Origin: an uncultured Clostridia bacterium
Lineage (GTDB): Bacteria; Bacillota; Clostridia; Christensenellales; UBA1242
Length of the DNA stretch: 64,000 nucleotides
Assembly: GCA_944376825.1 (NCBI GenBank)
Contig: CALWDY010000027.1
Span: 29,583-93,582, forward strand
Direction: 5' to 3'
In this document: in pieces, positions 9,854 through 18,440 of the stretch
Layout: every line of letters starts with the position of its first letter
Numbering within the stretch: position 1 is the first letter of the stretch
The notes under the pieces: generated by a model
What the model was told of the DNA's origin: nothing
Seen by the model: the letters and a program-made list of their open reading frames with translations, nothing else
Databases searched by the model: none
Position numbers and translations under genes: made by a program

Positions 9854-10534
9854 TTACTTTTTACAATTACCACCCTGCTCTTTCAAACTCTCATCTTGAC
9901 ACTTTTCATTTTCAGTGCTTTCAACCTCTTTACCATCTTCTTTATTTTTTTTGATTTTTGATTTGTTTTGTGGAGTAAAAAAACTTAATACCTTACCAAC
10001 AACCAAAACTATTTTACTTGAATTATCAATAGCATATTTTTTACATACAGACTTTCCAAATATGGTTAAACTTGCAACAATTGCACTAATTAAAGATGCA
10101 ATAATTATATTTAATGCAGAATTGGATTCAATAGCAACTTTCACAGTTATACTAGCTCCCGCAGCCCCAGATAAAATTCCACACACATCACCAATAACAT
10201 CACAGCAAATTGAAGAAACCCTATCAGCTTTTAGCAACAATTTAATTGATTCCTTTGCCCCCCTAACCTTTTTTGATGCCATTGCTCTAAATGGTTGTAT
10301 GTTCGCCGCAGTTGTCGCAACCCCTATCGTGTCTGCCACAATTGAAATTGCAACAAACACTACTATAATTAAAATTGCAATAAATAGCCCCGTTCCACTT
10401 AAAACCATTTCACTTAAAATACCAAAACAAATAGATAATGCAAAAGATAAAACTAAAATTTTTATAGACCATACCATTTGCTTATGGTTATTATTTTTAT
10501 TACTTTTTTGTTTGGGCTTGGATTTATAATCCAC
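9854..10534 (-). CDS. oapA: Four-TM membrane protein, OLE-associated protein A candidate
   Basis: GTG start at 10534 with AAGGAGA 8 nt upstream. It has four hydrophobic helices and twin acidic motifs (VADTIGVA and CDVIGDVCG), plus basic N- and C-terminal tails. It lies immediately downstream of the large structured RNA, which is the position OapA always occupies next to OLE RNA. Confidence 0.65.
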   Translation of the reverse strand: MDYKSKPKQKSNKNNNHKQMVWSIKILVLSFALSICFGILSEMVLSGTGLFIAILIIVVFVAISIVADTIGVATTAANIQPFRAMASKKVRGAKESIKLLLKADRVSSICCDVIGDVCGILSGAAGASITVKVAIESNSALNIIIASLISAIVASLTIFGKSVCKKYAIDNSSKIVLVVGKVLSFFTPQNKSKIKKNKEDGKEVESTENEKCQDESLKEQGGNCKK

Positions 10535-10552
10535 TTTGTTTCTCCTTTATTT

Positions 10553-10571
10553 AAAAAGGCACCAAGTGCCT
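10553..10571 (-). terminator. Short hairpin plus T-run between the RNA and oapA (probably leaky)
   Basis: The minus strand reads AGGCAC-TTG-GTGCCT followed by TTTTAAATAA. It ends 12 nt before the oapA RBS. Confidence 0.35.
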
Positions 10572-10614
10572 CTTTTATACATATATTCAATAGATTTACT
10601 ATATATTTAAAAAA

Positions 10615-11181
10615 TATGAAGGCAACACTTTAAGTAAACCTTGTGGCATAGGTTCGGTAGGATTTCCCAAATTTTGCACCCACCGTCACCGCATGGGCAG
10701 TTTCCTTTTACGCAAAATTTTAACACCGAATCGCCACTTAGACCACACTATAATCCCCAAAGTGTTTGAATATTCAACAGTCTAGAAGTTTTCCTTAACG
10801 CCTTAAACTATTCTTAGCTTTTTTTGCAAGTTAAATTTCATGTATATAACCAAAATTCAAATTGGCCAATTTAAAATTTAGTTTTTGCATACAATCCCAA
10901 TAAACTCACTCAAAGCAGGCTACTCTGCACACAGCCATGTTTTTAAACCGCAATGCAGGTTCTTACCCCAAGTAGTACAATTTAACAATGCACCATTTTG
11001 GGCCTCCACGATAATTGGGTCGGGTGCTATATGCCATTATAGCGCGCCCAAAAATCTTAACTTCCAGCACACACCCCAATTTGGGCAATCAAAGCATGCA
11101 CAAGAAACTTCACAGTTGTGCCCTTCGTTGCTTATCTTTCAACTTCCAAATAATTTAAGACGACTAGAATACTGCGCCTTC
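10615..11181 (-). ncRNA. Large structured non-coding RNA, OLE (ornate large extremophilic) class candidate; the ends are approximate
   Basis: This lies in a 760-nt gap with no credible ORF. It is locally G+C rich: I counted 26/60 G+C at 10981-11040 against 14/60 in xseA at 12301-12360. The 3' domain has five strictly nested helices (plus coordinates 10625-31/10759-65, 10631-35/10736-40, 10643-47/10733-37, 10653-59/10724-30, 10678-82/10694-98). UUGGG/CCCAA motifs recur. The synteny nusB-xseA-xseB-RNA-4TM protein...argR-recN matches published OLE loci. Confidence 0.7.
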
Positions 11182-11187
11182 ATTAAT

Positions 11188-11216
11188 ATTATAACATACA
11201 CACATTAATATTTCAA
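11188..11216 (-). promoter_or_regulatory. Strong sigma-A promoter directly upstream of the structured RNA
   Basis: The minus strand reads TTGAAA, a 17-nt spacer, then TATAAT, with TG at the extended -10 position (aTGtTATAAT). Confidence 0.6.
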
Positions 11217-11294
11217 GTATTTACACTCAAATACAACAAATTTAAATTCAATATTTAGTATTACTTTTTTAAATAATACCTATTATATTGTGTA

Positions 11295-11501
11295 TTATTT
11301 AAAATCTTTTTCTAATAAAACATCTAATTCGTTAGATATAATTGTTATCTTTCCTTTGTTTTCGTTCAACTGTTGACTGCATTTTTCTGCCAACAACTTA
11401 CCCTCTTCAAATAATTTTGTAGCTTCATCAAAATCACACTCGCCACTTTCTAACTGATTAACAATTTCTTCAAGGCGTTTTAACATTTTTTCAAATTCCA
11501 C
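11295..11501 (-). CDS. xseB: Exodeoxyribonuclease VII small subunit
   Basis: 68 aa. FEKMLKRLEEIVNQLESGE..FDEATKLFEEG is the XseB signature. It overlaps xseA. Confidence 0.9.
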   Translation of the reverse strand: MEFEKMLKRLEEIVNQLESGECDFDEATKLFEEGKLLAEKCSQQLNENKGKITIISNELDVLLEKDFK

Positions 11502-12684
11502 TTTTTTCTCCTTTAATTTTTAAAACTTCAACAATGGCTTCCCCATCAATAAATGTCAATTGTAAATTGTCATTTGGTTTTATATTTTTTATAGACAAAA
11601 TTTTTTCATTGCCTTTTTTTACACTTGCATATCCTAACTTCAAAACTTCTTTTGGGTTTAATTTTTTTAGCATCGAAGAAAGCATTTCAAATTTATGTTG
11701 TTTTGCCTCTGCAAATGTTTTTATTGCATGCATAAATTTTATTAATGTATTATTAAAGCGATTTTGATACCTTATATTTATATTTTTATAATTTTTATAA
11801 AAATCTTTACAAACATCAATAAAATTTTGTTGTTTATCTATATAAACACCCTTTATTGATTGTTTCAGCTTTGCTATGCATTGCTTAAAGTTTAAAATAT
11901 AATCTTTAATGTTGCTAAAAACAAGTTCTGCACCCGCACTTGGCGTAGGAGCTCTCAAATCACTGCAAAAATCACAAATAGTAAAATCAGTTTCATGGCC
12001 AACGGCCGACACAATAAATTTTTGACAGTTATATACTGCGTCAGCAACAATCTCGGTATTAAATGGTTGCAGGTCTTCAAGCGAGCCTCCTCCCCTTGCG
12101 ACAATAATAACATCAACATTATAATTATCAAAAAAACTAATTCCTTTTGCAATTTCATTCTCAGCGTTTACACCTTGAACTTTTACAGGATACAAAACTA
12201 TGTCTATAAAAGGATTTCTTCGAGTCCCAACATTTATTATATCTTGAATTACTGCCCCTTCCTTACTAGTTACAACACCAATCCTTTTTATGTTTGATGG
12301 CAAAATTTTTTTTCTGCCTTTATCAAAATACCCTTTTTTTCCCAATTTATTTTTAAGTTCAAGAAATTTTTGATATAACTCTCCCATTCCATATTTTGCT
12401 ATTTTAACAACATTAAAATTTAATTTTCCGCCTTTAACATAATACCTTGGAGTTCCTGTAACTATAACACTTTCACCATTAGAATACAAAAAATTAGATG
12501 TATCAAAACATACACAAGAAAGCGTTGCGTTTTCATCTTTTAGTGTAAAATACGCCACACCCCTAACAATACTCAACCCAGAAATTTCACCCAAAACTTT
12601 TATGTTATAAAGCATTTCTTCCGCATCAAATATTTGTTTTATATACATCGACAATTGAGAAACTGTAATAGGTTTTTCTTCCAT
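11491..12684 (-). CDS. xseA: Exodeoxyribonuclease VII large subunit
   Basis: N-terminal OB fold (VSQLSMYIKQIFD...VLGEISG), then IGVVTS..GA..QDI and ARGGGS.EDL motifs. Confidence 0.95.
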   Translation of the reverse strand: MEEKPITVSQLSMYIKQIFDAEEMLYNIKVLGEISGLSIVRGVAYFTLKDENATLSCVCFDTSNFLYSNGESVIVTGTPRYYVKGGKLNFNVVKIAKYGMGELYQKFLELKNKLGKKGYFDKGRKKILPSNIKRIGVVTSKEGAVIQDIINVGTRRNPFIDIVLYPVKVQGVNAENEIAKGISFFDNYNVDVIIVARGGGSLEDLQPFNTEIVADAVYNCQKFIVSAVGHETDFTICDFCSDLRAPTPSAGAELVFSNIKDYILNFKQCIAKLKQSIKGVYIDKQQNFIDVCKDFYKNYKNINIRYQNRFNNTLIKFMHAIKTFAEAKQHKFEMLSSMLKKLNPKEVLKLGYASVKKGNEKILSIKNIKPNDNLQLTFIDGEAIVEVLKIKGEKSGI

Positions 12685-13076
12685 TATTTATCCTCAATAA
12701 CTTTTTTTAATAATCCATTTACAAAAGAATAACTTTTATCTGTGCCATATTTTTTTGCAAGTTCAACAGCCTCATTTATAACAACAGCAATAGGCGTTTT
12801 TTTATAATAATTCATTTCAATAATGGCAGTGCATAAAATTGCCCTGTCTATTTTAAATATTCTTTCAGGAGTATAATCAATTAACAAATTATTAATTGTT
12901 TGCTCAACCTCATTTTTGTTGGTTTCATAAAGATCAAAAAGGGTGTTTGAAAAATCCTTATCATCTTGTGATTTCAAACAAGAAAAATCAGGCAACACAA
13001 AATTTTGACTGTCGCCATCTTGAAACAAACTTACATATATTTTTTTAAAAACATATTCTCTTGCAAATTTTCTCAT
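12684..13076 (-). CDS. nusB: Transcription antitermination factor NusB
   Basis: RKFAREYVFKKIY...DRAILCTAIIEM......P..VVINEAVELAKKYG is the NusB fold signature. The likely start is MRKF at 13076; the ORF track extends the ORF to 13097. Confidence 0.9.
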   Translation of the reverse strand: MRKFAREYVFKKIYVSLFQDGDSQNFVLPDFSCLKSQDDKDFSNTLFDLYETNKNEVEQTINNLLIDYTPERIFKIDRAILCTAIIEMNYYKKTPIAVVINEAVELAKKYGTDKSYSFVNGLLKKVIEDK

Positions 13077-13096
13077 AATCTCTCCTATAATAACCA

Positions 13097-13122
13097 AAAT
13101 CCCACAAAATAGTGGGATTTTA
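13097..13122 (-). terminator. Hairpin between asp23 and nusB
   Basis: AAAATCCCAC-loop-GTGGGATTTT, a 9-10 bp perfect stem. The U-tract is partly inside the stem. Confidence 0.45.
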
Positions 13123-13124
13123 TG

Positions 13125-13562
13125 TTAAAGTTGTTCTTCTGTTTTAAAATCAACACCAACAATATGAATGTTAATTTTGCTAATCCTCATATCCACCATA
13201 GAAACGATATTGTTTTTAATGTTCTCTTGAACTTTAAATGCAATTTCTGGAACAGTGTTTCCACTATAGATTCTTATAAACACATCTATAACCAATTGTC
13301 CATTGCTTGCGAATTTAAGTTTAACACCTTTTGAATCTGCTTTGGAAAAGAGTTTTTTTAATTTCATTGAAAAACTATCTTGCAATTTTGAAACACCGCT
13401 TATTTCTTTTGTGGCAAGTGAAATAATAGAAAGTAAAATGTTTCTATCACATGTAATTTTTCCTTTATCTTCTTGTAACTCATTAAAAAATTCAGCCACA
13501 ATATTCCTCTCTTTAATTATATTATATAAACTATGAATAATGTTTATACTAATCTTTCGCAT
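13125..13562 (-). CDS. Asp23/Gls24 family envelope stress protein
   Basis: NILLSIISLATKEISGV...VKL...G.LVIDVFI...G..VPEIAFKVQENIK..I..MV......INIHIVGV is typical of Asp23. Confidence 0.85.
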   Translation of the reverse strand: MRKISINIIHSLYNIIKERNIVAEFFNELQEDKGKITCDRNILLSIISLATKEISGVSKLQDSFSMKLKKLFSKADSKGVKLKFASNGQLVIDVFIRIYSGNTVPEIAFKVQENIKNNIVSMVDMRISKINIHIVGVDFKTEEQL

Positions 13563-13594
13563 AATAATATAACATAATTAAAGTTATTTTGCAA

Positions 13595-14092
13595 TTATTC
13601 TACTGGAATTATTTTTATATTCTCTAACGACTTTGAGGTTTGTTCTTTTACAATTTCAACAATTTGTGCAACTTGAGAACTTTCTAAACTAGCGCATTTA
13701 ACAATAACATTAACATTTGTTGCAGAGTTTGTTACAATGGCATCTTCAAAACCTTTTGCTTTTATGAGTCCCTCCATAACAAGTTCGGCTTCCATTGTAT
13801 TTATTATTTCCATCTTTTTTTCTTCTGCTGATTTTATTGCTTCTTCAGATGAATTATTTGCATTTATAATGGCATCGTAATATAAAAGTTCTTGGTCTCT
13901 TGTTGCTTGTCTATCCTCTCTATATGTATCAAAATAATTCATTTGTGTTACATTTCCCGATGTAGGGTTTGATACGCTATTATTTAAAGCAATATTCAAA
14001 TATCCCGTAACACCCAAAAGCAAAACCATTGCAACTATAATAATAACTTTTGTTCTTTTCTTTAACATAATAAATCTCCTTTTATTTACCAA
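13595..14092 (-). CDS. spoIIIAH: Stage III sporulation protein AH
   Basis: N-terminal TM segment plus a YscJ/FliF-like C-terminal domain. It is the last gene of the spoIIIA operon. The start may be the internal MLKK at 14068. Confidence 0.8.
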   Translation of the reverse strand: MVNKRRFIMLKKRTKVIIIVAMVLLLGVTGYLNIALNNSVSNPTSGNVTQMNYFDTYREDRQATRDQELLYYDAIINANNSSEEAIKSAEEKKMEIINTMEAELVMEGLIKAKGFEDAIVTNSATNVNVIVKCASLESSQVAQIVEIVKEQTSKSLENIKIIPVE

Positions 14093-14633
14093 CTAAAATT
14101 TCTATATCATTTTCATCTAATTCCAAAAGTGCCTCTACTGCTTTTTGCAGTTCTAATCTTACGCTTATGTTATTTGCCCCACTTGCAACAATTACAACTC
14201 CACTCACCTTTGGCAAATTTTCTTTTAGAATTATTGGAGATGCTTTGCCTGAAACAGAAACCAATATAATTTCTTCTGTTATTGTAGTTTGAGATGTTGT
14301 TGTTCCTGATACAGTTGATGATGTGGTTTCTTCTGTTTTGTTAGTTGCATACACATATTCAACTCCACATTCTAGCGTAACCATAACACTAACATTTCCA
14401 GCTCCGTTGATATGTGATAATACATTACTTAATTTATTCTCCAAATATGTTGCATATTCTTCTGTTGTTAAAGTTGTTGTGGTAACATTTTCACTTTTTT
14501 TTGTATTAAATGTCGAAGCATAAATTAGAAGCAAGATTGCACAAAATACAATAACAACTATAATTTCAAAATGCTTAATACTTTTTAATTTTTCAACAAA
14601 CGAAAATTTACTGTCTTTTTTTTTGTTATCCAC
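14082..14633 (-). CDS. spoIIIAG: Stage III sporulation protein AG
   Basis: TM segment, then GAGNVSVMVTLE...EEIILV......P.I.KE..PKVSGVVIVA.GA. It is in the expected operon position. Confidence 0.85.
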   Translation of the reverse strand: MDNKKKDSKFSFVEKLKSIKHFEIIVVIVFCAILLLIYASTFNTKKSENVTTTTLTTEEYATYLENKLSNVLSHINGAGNVSVMVTLECGVEYVYATNKTEETTSSTVSGTTTSQTTITEEIILVSVSGKASPIILKENLPKVSGVVIVASGANNISVRLELQKAVEALLELDENDIEILVGK

Positions 14634-15111
14634 TAAAATTTATGTTCTCCTTTTTAATATCAATAAATGAAACAATTACCTCAATAACTTCATTCTCTAT
14701 ATTTATATGCGATGAGTTTTCTTGTATAACTAAATTACTTAAATCGACATAAACCGCATCAATTGTCATTTGCAATGTAAAAATATCTGCTGAAATGCTT
14801 ATATCAATGTTGCTTAACCCATCCTCAGACAACTTGTTTTCAATTGACTTTTCCAGCATTGTAAGTTTATCGCGATTTAATTGATATATATAATCTTCTT
14901 GAATAACAATTTCATCTTTATTAAATATAATAGATGCACTAAAATCTTTTTTCAACAAATTAGGAAGTGGTGCAATTATAACTAAGATTATAACGAAGTT
15001 AAATAAAGTTTTAATATGAGATGAAGAATTTCCATCAGGCAAAAACAAATCTATTAAAACCGACAATATACAAATACCAGCAATAGACAATATCCAAGAT
15101 GAAACCGTCAT
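14626..15111 (-). CDS. spoIIIAF: Stage III sporulation protein AF
   Basis: Two N-terminal TM helices. Size and operon position match. Confidence 0.75.
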   Translation of the reverse strand: MTVSSWILSIAGICILSVLIDLFLPDGNSSSHIKTLFNFVIILVIIAPLPNLLKKDFSASIIFNKDEIVIQEDYIYQLNRDKLTMLEKSIENKLSEDGLSNIDISISADIFTLQMTIDAVYVDLSNLVIQENSSHINIENEVIEVIVSFIDIKKENINFSG

Positions 15112-15119
15112 AAGACCTC

Positions 15120-16328
15120 CTATATAAAGTTTGCACTAAGCATTATCATGCCAGAAACTAATACATACATAAAGGCACAACCCACTATAATTACAATCAA
15201 AAGTGAGATACTTTTAGCAAGCATTGAAATAAAATTAGAAATCCTAGAATCAGTAATAGGTTCAAGTATTGCAGATGCAAGTTTTAAAGAAAACATAAAA
15301 ACCACAAGTTTGACTATTGGAACAATTATTGTTGAAAATAAAAGCAATAATCCACATGCACCCACAGCATTTTTTATTAACACGCTACTAGCAACAATCA
15401 AGTTTAGCCCATCAGAAATATAAGATCCCAAAAGTGGAATAGTATTTTTTATTGCGTATTTTGCCGTTCTAAAAGATATCCCATCAACACTTCCTGCAAT
15501 TATGCCTTGAATAGCTATAAAGGCTGAAAAAATTGTAAACACTGAACCAATTATCCATTTAAATGCACTAGAAAAAAACGAGGCAAATTTTTCCAGTTTA
15601 ACATTATTTGATAAATTTGAAATTATTGAAAAAACCAATCTAAATATAAATATTGGCATTAATACTGTGGTAAAAATGTTTGTTATAGTTCCACTTAAAA
15701 CTGCAACAGCGGGTTGATAAACACTCACTGACACAACTCCGCCGATTGCTGTCATAACAGTAAGCAAAATAGGAAAAGCAATATCCATTTGAGACTTTAT
15801 AGACTGTATTGTTGATGATGTTAAATTAATCATTGAAATTGTGCATGTAACCAAAATTACAATAATAGTACCATAACAAACAAAATGAATTACATCACCA
15901 AGTGATTTTGTTTTTCCATTTGGCTTTGATGATGATACCAAACTAAAAGTTACACTAATTGCTATTACCATTGCAATTAAAGGCAAAAAAGATAACACAT
16001 CATCAAAAAATAAGTTAATAATTGCATTCCAAACAGATTCTTGATTTTCGCTAAATTCCCCAGATATAACTTTTTTTATTTTATCCAAAAACGATGCCGA
16101 ACCAAAAATTTGTTTTTCATCGTCGCCTAGTTCATTTAAAATTTCCTCAAAATCTGAAAAATCTAAATCGCCAAGTTGAGAACTTATGCTGTCTTCTATA
16201 ATTTCTTGTATTTCATCTGCAGTCATTTCATCATCACAATATACAGCACCATTTTTATGCTCCGATGTTAAAAAAGGGACTCCCACAAAAAACAATAAAC
16301 ATATAAATATTACAAAAATTTTTTTCAT
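15120..16328 (-). CDS. spoIIIAE: Stage III sporulation protein AE
   Basis: 402 aa. It has a signal peptide and a polytopic membrane domain, and it is in the expected operon position. Confidence 0.85.
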   Translation of the reverse strand: MKKIFVIFICLLFFVGVPFLTSEHKNGAVYCDDEMTADEIQEIIEDSISSQLGDLDFSDFEEILNELGDDEKQIFGSASFLDKIKKVISGEFSENQESVWNAIINLFFDDVLSFLPLIAMVIAISVTFSLVSSSKPNGKTKSLGDVIHFVCYGTIIVILVTCTISMINLTSSTIQSIKSQMDIAFPILLTVMTAIGGVVSVSVYQPAVAVLSGTITNIFTTVLMPIFIFRLVFSIISNLSNNVKLEKFASFFSSAFKWIIGSVFTIFSAFIAIQGIIAGSVDGISFRTAKYAIKNTIPLLGSYISDGLNLIVASSVLIKNAVGACGLLLLFSTIIVPIVKLVVFMFSLKLASAILEPITDSRISNFISMLAKSISLLIVIIVGCAFMYVLVSGMIMLSANFI

Positions 16329-16711
16329 GGCAACAACTCCATGATAATTTCTAGTATTCTTGTTACTATTGGAAGTGCAATAAACAAAATTATAATTTTC
16401 CCAGCAAACAATATTTTGTCAGCAATGCTAGAACTTCCAGCATCGTTGCAAACATTTGCAGAAAATTCTGTTAAGTATCCAACTCCAATAATTTTTAGTA
16501 CTATCTTTAACAATTCAAAATCTAGCCCACTTTTTTCAACTAAACTTGTAAAAGAGTTTATTATATCTAAGATATAATTTATAGTTTGAGACAAAATTAA
16601 AATTCCACCACACAAACCAATTATTATACTTATTTCCGGTTTTAATGGTTTCACAATCATTGAAGCCACTACTGTTATAAGACCTATACCAATTATTCTT
16701 ATTATGTCCAT
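16325..16711 (-). CDS. spoIIIAD: Stage III sporulation protein AD
   Basis: MDIIRIIGIGLITVV... is the typical SpoIIIAD start, with a GAGG RBS upstream of the ATG at 16711. The ORF track extends the ORF to 16750. Confidence 0.85.
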   Translation of the reverse strand: MDIIRIIGIGLITVVASMIVKPLKPEISIIIGLCGGILILSQTINYILDIINSFTSLVEKSGLDFELLKIVLKIIGVGYLTEFSANVCNDAGSSSIADKILFAGKIIILFIALPIVTRILEIIMELLP

Positions 16712-16718
16712 AGAAACC

Positions 16719-16913
16719 TCACAAGCCAAAAAGATTTCTAACTGTATCAAAAAGCGTATTAATTAAATCTAAAACCATTAAAAGAACAATAATAAGCCCT
16801 GCAAGTGTTGAAAAAGTAGCAATTTCATCTTTGCCACTTTGTTTTAAAATTTGCCCTACAACTGTCGTCAATATTCCAACAGCAGCAATTTTGAATATTA
16901 CTTCAACCCCCAT
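16719..16913 (-). CDS. spoIIIAC: Stage III sporulation protein AC
   Basis: 64 aa with two TM helices. IFKIAAVGILTTVV.QILKQSGKDE is typical of SpoIIIAC. Confidence 0.85.
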   Translation of the reverse strand: MGVEVIFKIAAVGILTTVVGQILKQSGKDEIATFSTLAGLIIVLLMVLDLINTLFDTVRNLFGL

Positions 16914-16922
16914 ATTCTCTCC

Positions 16923-17417
16923 TTAAATAATTAATAAGCACACAAGTATTCCAAAAATAATTCCAAGCTTTATAAATAGACTGGCATATTTTTTACATTC
17001 ATCATTTGCAACATCATACAACTCGTCAATTTTATTTTGATACATTTTTATTTCTTTGCTTTGAGATGAAGCATCAAATCTACCAAGTGAACTAAAAAAT
17101 GAAAATATAATATCCTTTTCTTCTTTTTTTAAAATTTTAATTTCATTAAAAATTTCATAATCAATTTTTTGCTTTTTATCTAGCAAACCAAAAACATTTT
17201 CACATAAAACATTCAATTCTTTACTAGACACATTTTCACTATTTTTTTTAATAAGATTTTTCAATTTGTCTTGTGAAAACGAAACATCCAACTCCAAATT
17301 AGACATAAGCACTTGCATTGAAGAAAAAAATTTTTTTCTATTTATGTAAAAAGTTGATAATTTATATCCAATTAGCCCAAAACAAAATATAATAATAATA
17401 ACTAAAATAATTGTCAT
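16923..17417 (-). CDS. spoIIIAB: Stage III sporulation protein AB
   Basis: 164 aa with terminal TM helices. Operon position matches. Confidence 0.75.
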   Translation of the reverse strand: MTIILVIIIIFCFGLIGYKLSTFYINRKKFFSSMQVLMSNLELDVSFSQDKLKNLIKKNSENVSSKELNVLCENVFGLLDKKQKIDYEIFNEIKILKKEEKDIIFSFFSSLGRFDASSQSKEIKMYQNKIDELYDVANDECKKYASLFIKLGIIFGILVCLLII

Positions 17418-17420
17418 AGA

Positions 17421-18332
17421 TCACCATTTGACTATTTTTGCAAATTTTTCATTATATGTCCCTTCGTATGTTCCCGGTCCTTCCCTATTTGAAAAAAGCA
17501 CATATCTTTCAAAATAATAAGGAGGTAGTTTTTCAAAAAATTTTTTATGTTTAAGCTCTTCAATGCTTGATGCGTGAATTGTTGCCATAACTTTAACACC
17601 GCAATTCATTGCATCTATCAAGCATTGACAGTCTTCTTCTGTACCTATTTCATCCGTTACAATAAGCGATGGATTCATTGACCTTATGCTAAGAGAAAAC
17701 CCCTGTTTCTTTGTGCTATAACTTATTACATCACAAAAATTACCCAAATTTATTCCGCTGTTATCCCCACCTGCAATTTCACCTCTTTCATCTATAACAC
17801 AAACATTTAAACAATAATTGCTTTCACTTAGTTGATAAATAAAATCTCTTAAAAAGGTGGTTTTACCCGCACCCGGCGGAGATATAATTAAAGTATTTTT
17901 AATTCCAAATTCGCTTACAATATCATCAAACGCACAAAGTGATATGTTTTTTATTTGATGCGGAATTCTTATATTTAAACTTGTCCAATTTTTCATTGTT
18001 TTTGTTTGATTATTCTCAGTTACAACACTTCCGCAAAGACCAATCCTCACTCCATTTTCAAGCATAATAAAACCTTGTTTTATTTGCTCATTTACAGAAT
18101 AAATAGAGAAATCGCTTGCCTTATAAACAATATCTTCAATCATTTCTTTACTAGCGAAAATTGCATTGTTTATATTGCAAGTCAATCCCTTTTCATTTAT
18201 GTAATAAGGTTGTCCTTTTATAAAAACAACAATAGGCTTGTTTTTTCTTATTCTTATTTCTGTTAATTGACTAAACGCAATTTTATAATTGATAATATTT
18301 GATAATTCTTCCGACAAAACTTCTTGTAACAT
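17421..18332 (-). CDS. spoIIIAA: Stage III sporulation protein AA (AAA-type ATPase)
   Basis: Walker A SPPGAGKTT and Walker B LIVTDEIG. It is the first gene of the spoIIIA operon. Confidence 0.9.
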   Translation of the reverse strand: MLQEVLSEELSNIINYKIAFSQLTEIRIRKNKPIVVFIKGQPYYINEKGLTCNINNAIFASKEMIEDIVYKASDFSIYSVNEQIKQGFIMLENGVRIGLCGSVVTENNQTKTMKNWTSLNIRIPHQIKNISLCAFDDIVSEFGIKNTLIISPPGAGKTTFLRDFIYQLSESNYCLNVCVIDERGEIAGGDNSGINLGNFCDVISYSTKKQGFSLSIRSMNPSLIVTDEIGTEEDCQCLIDAMNCGVKVMATIHASSIEELKHKKFFEKLPPYYFERYVLFSNREGPGTYEGTYNEKFAKIVKW

Positions 18333-18387
18333 CTGCTTTCTCCCTAAGATAATATATTTTTAAACTTTGTGGAAGATAACAGAAAAT

Positions 18388-18423
18388 AAAAAAAAATATG
18401 TAATACTAAAAAGTACTACATAT
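18388..18423 (-). terminator. Rho-independent terminator after efp
   Basis: The minus strand reads ATATGTAGTAC-loop-AGTATTACATAT (one mismatch) followed by a T9 run. Confidence 0.65.
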
Positions 18424-18440
18424 TTCGACATATATTTAAA

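Noticed and set aside
10615-11181. Alternative identity of the structured RNA as RNase P RNA or tmRNA
   Set aside because: Two segments vaguely resemble RNase P P4 strands: AGGAAACUGCCCAUGC and AAAACAUGGCUGU. They occur in the wrong 5'-3' order and are imperfect, and the RNA is much longer than type-B RNase P RNA. It has no tRNA-like acceptor/T-arm end and no tag-peptide ORF as tmRNA would. Synteny points to OLE instead.
10885-11208. 107-aa plus-strand ORF inside the xseB-oapA gap
   Set aside because: It has no RBS and an odd composition (Q/H/P/C rich). It lies antisense to a region with extensive nested base pairing, and it is the only plus-strand ORF in a long minus-strand block. It is best explained as a chance ORF in G+C-richer RNA-coding DNA.
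11217-11294. Weak hairpin (GTATTA...TAATAC) after xseB, as a terminator
   Set aside because: It has a 6-bp all-AT-rich stem with a 10-nt loop and no U-tract, so it is not distinguishable from background.
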